Origin: Lysobacterales bacterium
Lineage (GTDB): Bacteria > Pseudomonadota > Gammaproteobacteria > Xanthomonadales > Ahniellaceae
Assembly (NCBI GenBank): GCA_016703225.1
Contig: JADJCM010000002.1
Location: 504,106-528,105 of the forward strand
Reading direction: 5' to 3'
Length of the DNA stretch: 24,000 bases
A program made the position numbers and the translations under genes. This document shows positions 22,725 to 24,000 of the stretch, piece by piece. Below the pieces are notes generated by a model, which searched no databases, had not been told where the DNA came from, and saw nothing but the letters and a program-made list of their open reading frames with translations. Every line of letters begins with the position of its first letter. Within the stretch, counting starts at the first letter, position 1.

Positions 22725-24000
22725 TCAGTCTTCGAAGCCGTCGGCGAGCAGCACGATGTCTGCCTGCGGTTCGGTGGGCTGGCGTTCGATGGCTCCGCTG
22801 TCGCAGCGTGCGAGGCCATTGCCGTCGCCATCGATCGGAGCCGTGCGACCGCGCTGGTCGATGGTCCGGCCGGCGCTGCAGTCGGTGCGATCGATCAGCG
22901 CGCTGCCCGGTTGCGGCACGAAGCCGAAGGTGTCGCTGCCGAAGTTGCTGAGCGCGCCCAGGCCAAGATCGGCGGCGGTGGTGATGATCAGGTCGGTCGG
23001 ATGGGTGGGGCTGCAGTCGGCGGGCATGGCGTTGCCGCCTTGCGAAACACCGTTGAAACCGAAACAGCTGCTGGCGCCGGCGGCGAGGATCGCGTTGTTC
23101 TCGAGGTCGGCGCGGCCGCCCAGGGACGACACGTACAGCGCGGCGCCATTCGCCGACTGGCCATTGCGCAGCGTGCAGTGGCGAAGGCTGATCGAAGTGT
23201 TGATCAGGTGGCCGCCCATGACCGCGATGTCGCCGCCATGGCCGAGCGGGTTCAGGGTGGCGTTGCCGCTGAAGCTGAGGTTGATCAGTTCCTGGCCGAC
23301 GAGGCCGCGCAGGTGGATGGCGCCGCCGTCGTACTCGGCGTTGTTGTCGACGAAGCTGGCCTGGGCGATCGGTGCGGTGCGCGTGACCAGTGCGATGGCG
23401 CCGCCATGGCGGCGCGCGTGGTTACGGTTGAATTGCACCTGGTCGAAGATCGGGATGCCGCCGCCGTGCAAGCCGCCGCCATCGAAAGTGGCTTCGTTGT
23501 CGGCGATCACCACGCGCGTGAGCGCCGTGTAGCCCCACAGCATGGGCGCCGATTGTGGCCAGCCGGGTATGAGGGACAACGCGCCGCCGTAGTCGGCGAT
23601 GTTGGACTCGAATCGGCTGTCTTCGAAGGTGGCCTGGCCGCTCTGCAGGATGGCGCCGCCGAAGGGTGCGCGGTTGTTGCCAAACACGCCATGTTGCACC
23701 ACGAGCATGCCGAAGCCGCCTGCGTTCAGCGGCGAGGGTCCGTCGACGAACACGGCGCCGCCCTCGGACATTGCGAGGTTGCCGAGAAATCTCGGGCGCT
23801 GCAGCAACGCGGCGGTGTCGGGCACGGCGGTGCCGGGAACGCCGTCGTCGTGCGCGGACAGGAACAGCGCGCCGCCGCTCTCGTCGGCCAGGTTGTCGTC
23901 GAAGGACACCTCGGTGCCCGACAGGCTCGCGCCCTCGCGCAGCAGCACCGCTCCGCCGCGCAGCGTGGCGTGGTTCTGGTCGAAGCGCACTCGCGTCAGC
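22725..24000 (-). CDS. Secreted beta-helix protein with Pmp-like GGA[ILV]/FxxN repeats and a choice-of-anchor-Q-like end, partial (N-terminus beyond window end)
   Basis: The minus frame is open from 24000 to the stop at 22725; the tracked ORF begins at an internal Met at 23990. Repeats include GGAVLL, GGALFL, GGAVFV, GGAILQ, GGALSL, GGAIAL and GGAIHL, alternating with F..N motifs. The terminal motif is IDQRGRTAPIDGDGNGLARCDSGAIE, followed by the tail DIVLLADGFED*. Confidence 0.85.
   Translation of the reverse strand, partial: LTRVRFDQNHATLRGGAVLLREGASLSGTEVSFDDNLADESGGALFLSAHDDGVPGTAVPDTAALLQRPRFLGNLAMSEGGAVFVDGPSPLNAGGFGMLVVQHGVFGNNRAPFGGAILQSGQATFEDSRFESNIADYGGALSLIPGWPQSAPMLWGYTALTRVVIADNEATFDGGGLHGGGIPIFDQVQFNRNHARRHGGAIALVTRTAPIAQASFVDNNAEYDGGAIHLRGLVGQELINLSFSGNATLNPLGHGGDIAVMGGHLINTSISLRHCTLRNGQSANGAALYVSSLGGRADLENNAILAAGASSCFGFNGVSQGGNAMPADCSPTHPTDLIITTAADLGLGALSNFGSDTFGFVPQPGSALIDRTDCSAGRTIDQRGRTAPIDGDGNGLARCDSGAIERQPTEPQADIVLLADGFED

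Noticed and set aside
19651-23532. ORFs 19651..20829(+), 20807..22147(-), 22274..22951(+) and 22756..23532(+)
   Set aside because: They are antisense to the CSLREA protein, hemerythrin kinase, lipoprotein and beta-helix genes, and their translations are low-complexity.
1-24000. Search for tRNA/rRNA genes, CRISPR arrays, IS elements, integrases and phage genes
   Set aside because: I noticed no regularly spaced short repeats, cloverleaf-like segments, rRNA-like conserved blocks or transposase/integrase-like translations. The only mobile-DNA-like traces are the hicAB locus with its remnant and the REP-like hairpins.

Overview
High-GC bacterial chromosomal segment. The gene order, an OprO/P-type porin and GGGGAGG/CCCTCCC REP-like hairpins suggest a Xanthomonadales-type gammaproteobacterium, but this is inference only. 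The housekeeping core is a phosphate-uptake locus with tandem Pho boxes upstream, oprO/P-pstS-pstC-pstA-pstB-phoU (4747-10436, +), plus ybeZ(phoH-like)-ybeY (15789-14286, -). Four blocks of accessory content surround it. (i) An ECF sigma factor and a membrane Ser/Thr kinase form an operon (2336 to <1, -), divergent from a secreted beta-helix gene that a 1-nt frameshift appears to split (2428-4415). (ii) A small islet after phoU, lower in GC by eye, holds a hicB 3' remnant, a TlpA-like CxxC redoxin and an intact hicA-hicB pair (10477-11982). (iii) A secreted protein with three 6-Cys repeats (12034-12861) is followed by an orphan Hpt protein and a GNAT acetyltransferase. (iv) A signalling/secretome cluster (15839 to >24000) holds a propeller+YYY sensor kinase, a CSLREA beta-helix protein, a hemerythrin-histidine kinase, a lipoprotein and a choice-of-anchor-Q-like beta-helix protein. 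The most notable observation is that four Sec-exported proteins with otherwise dissimilar bodies end in the same short tail, L-[FL]-x-D-[GS]-[FL]-E. These genes are interleaved with sensory proteins that have no cognate response regulator in the window. Other points are a diverged 58-bp duplication of the pstA/pstB junction that creates a chimeric 28-codon ORF, a G-quadruplex/hairpin element between pstS and pstC, and convergent genes sharing a GCTAGC stop palindrome. I recognised no rRNA, tRNA, CRISPR array, transposase or integrase. Many long ORFs in the track are antisense shadows typical of high-GC DNA.
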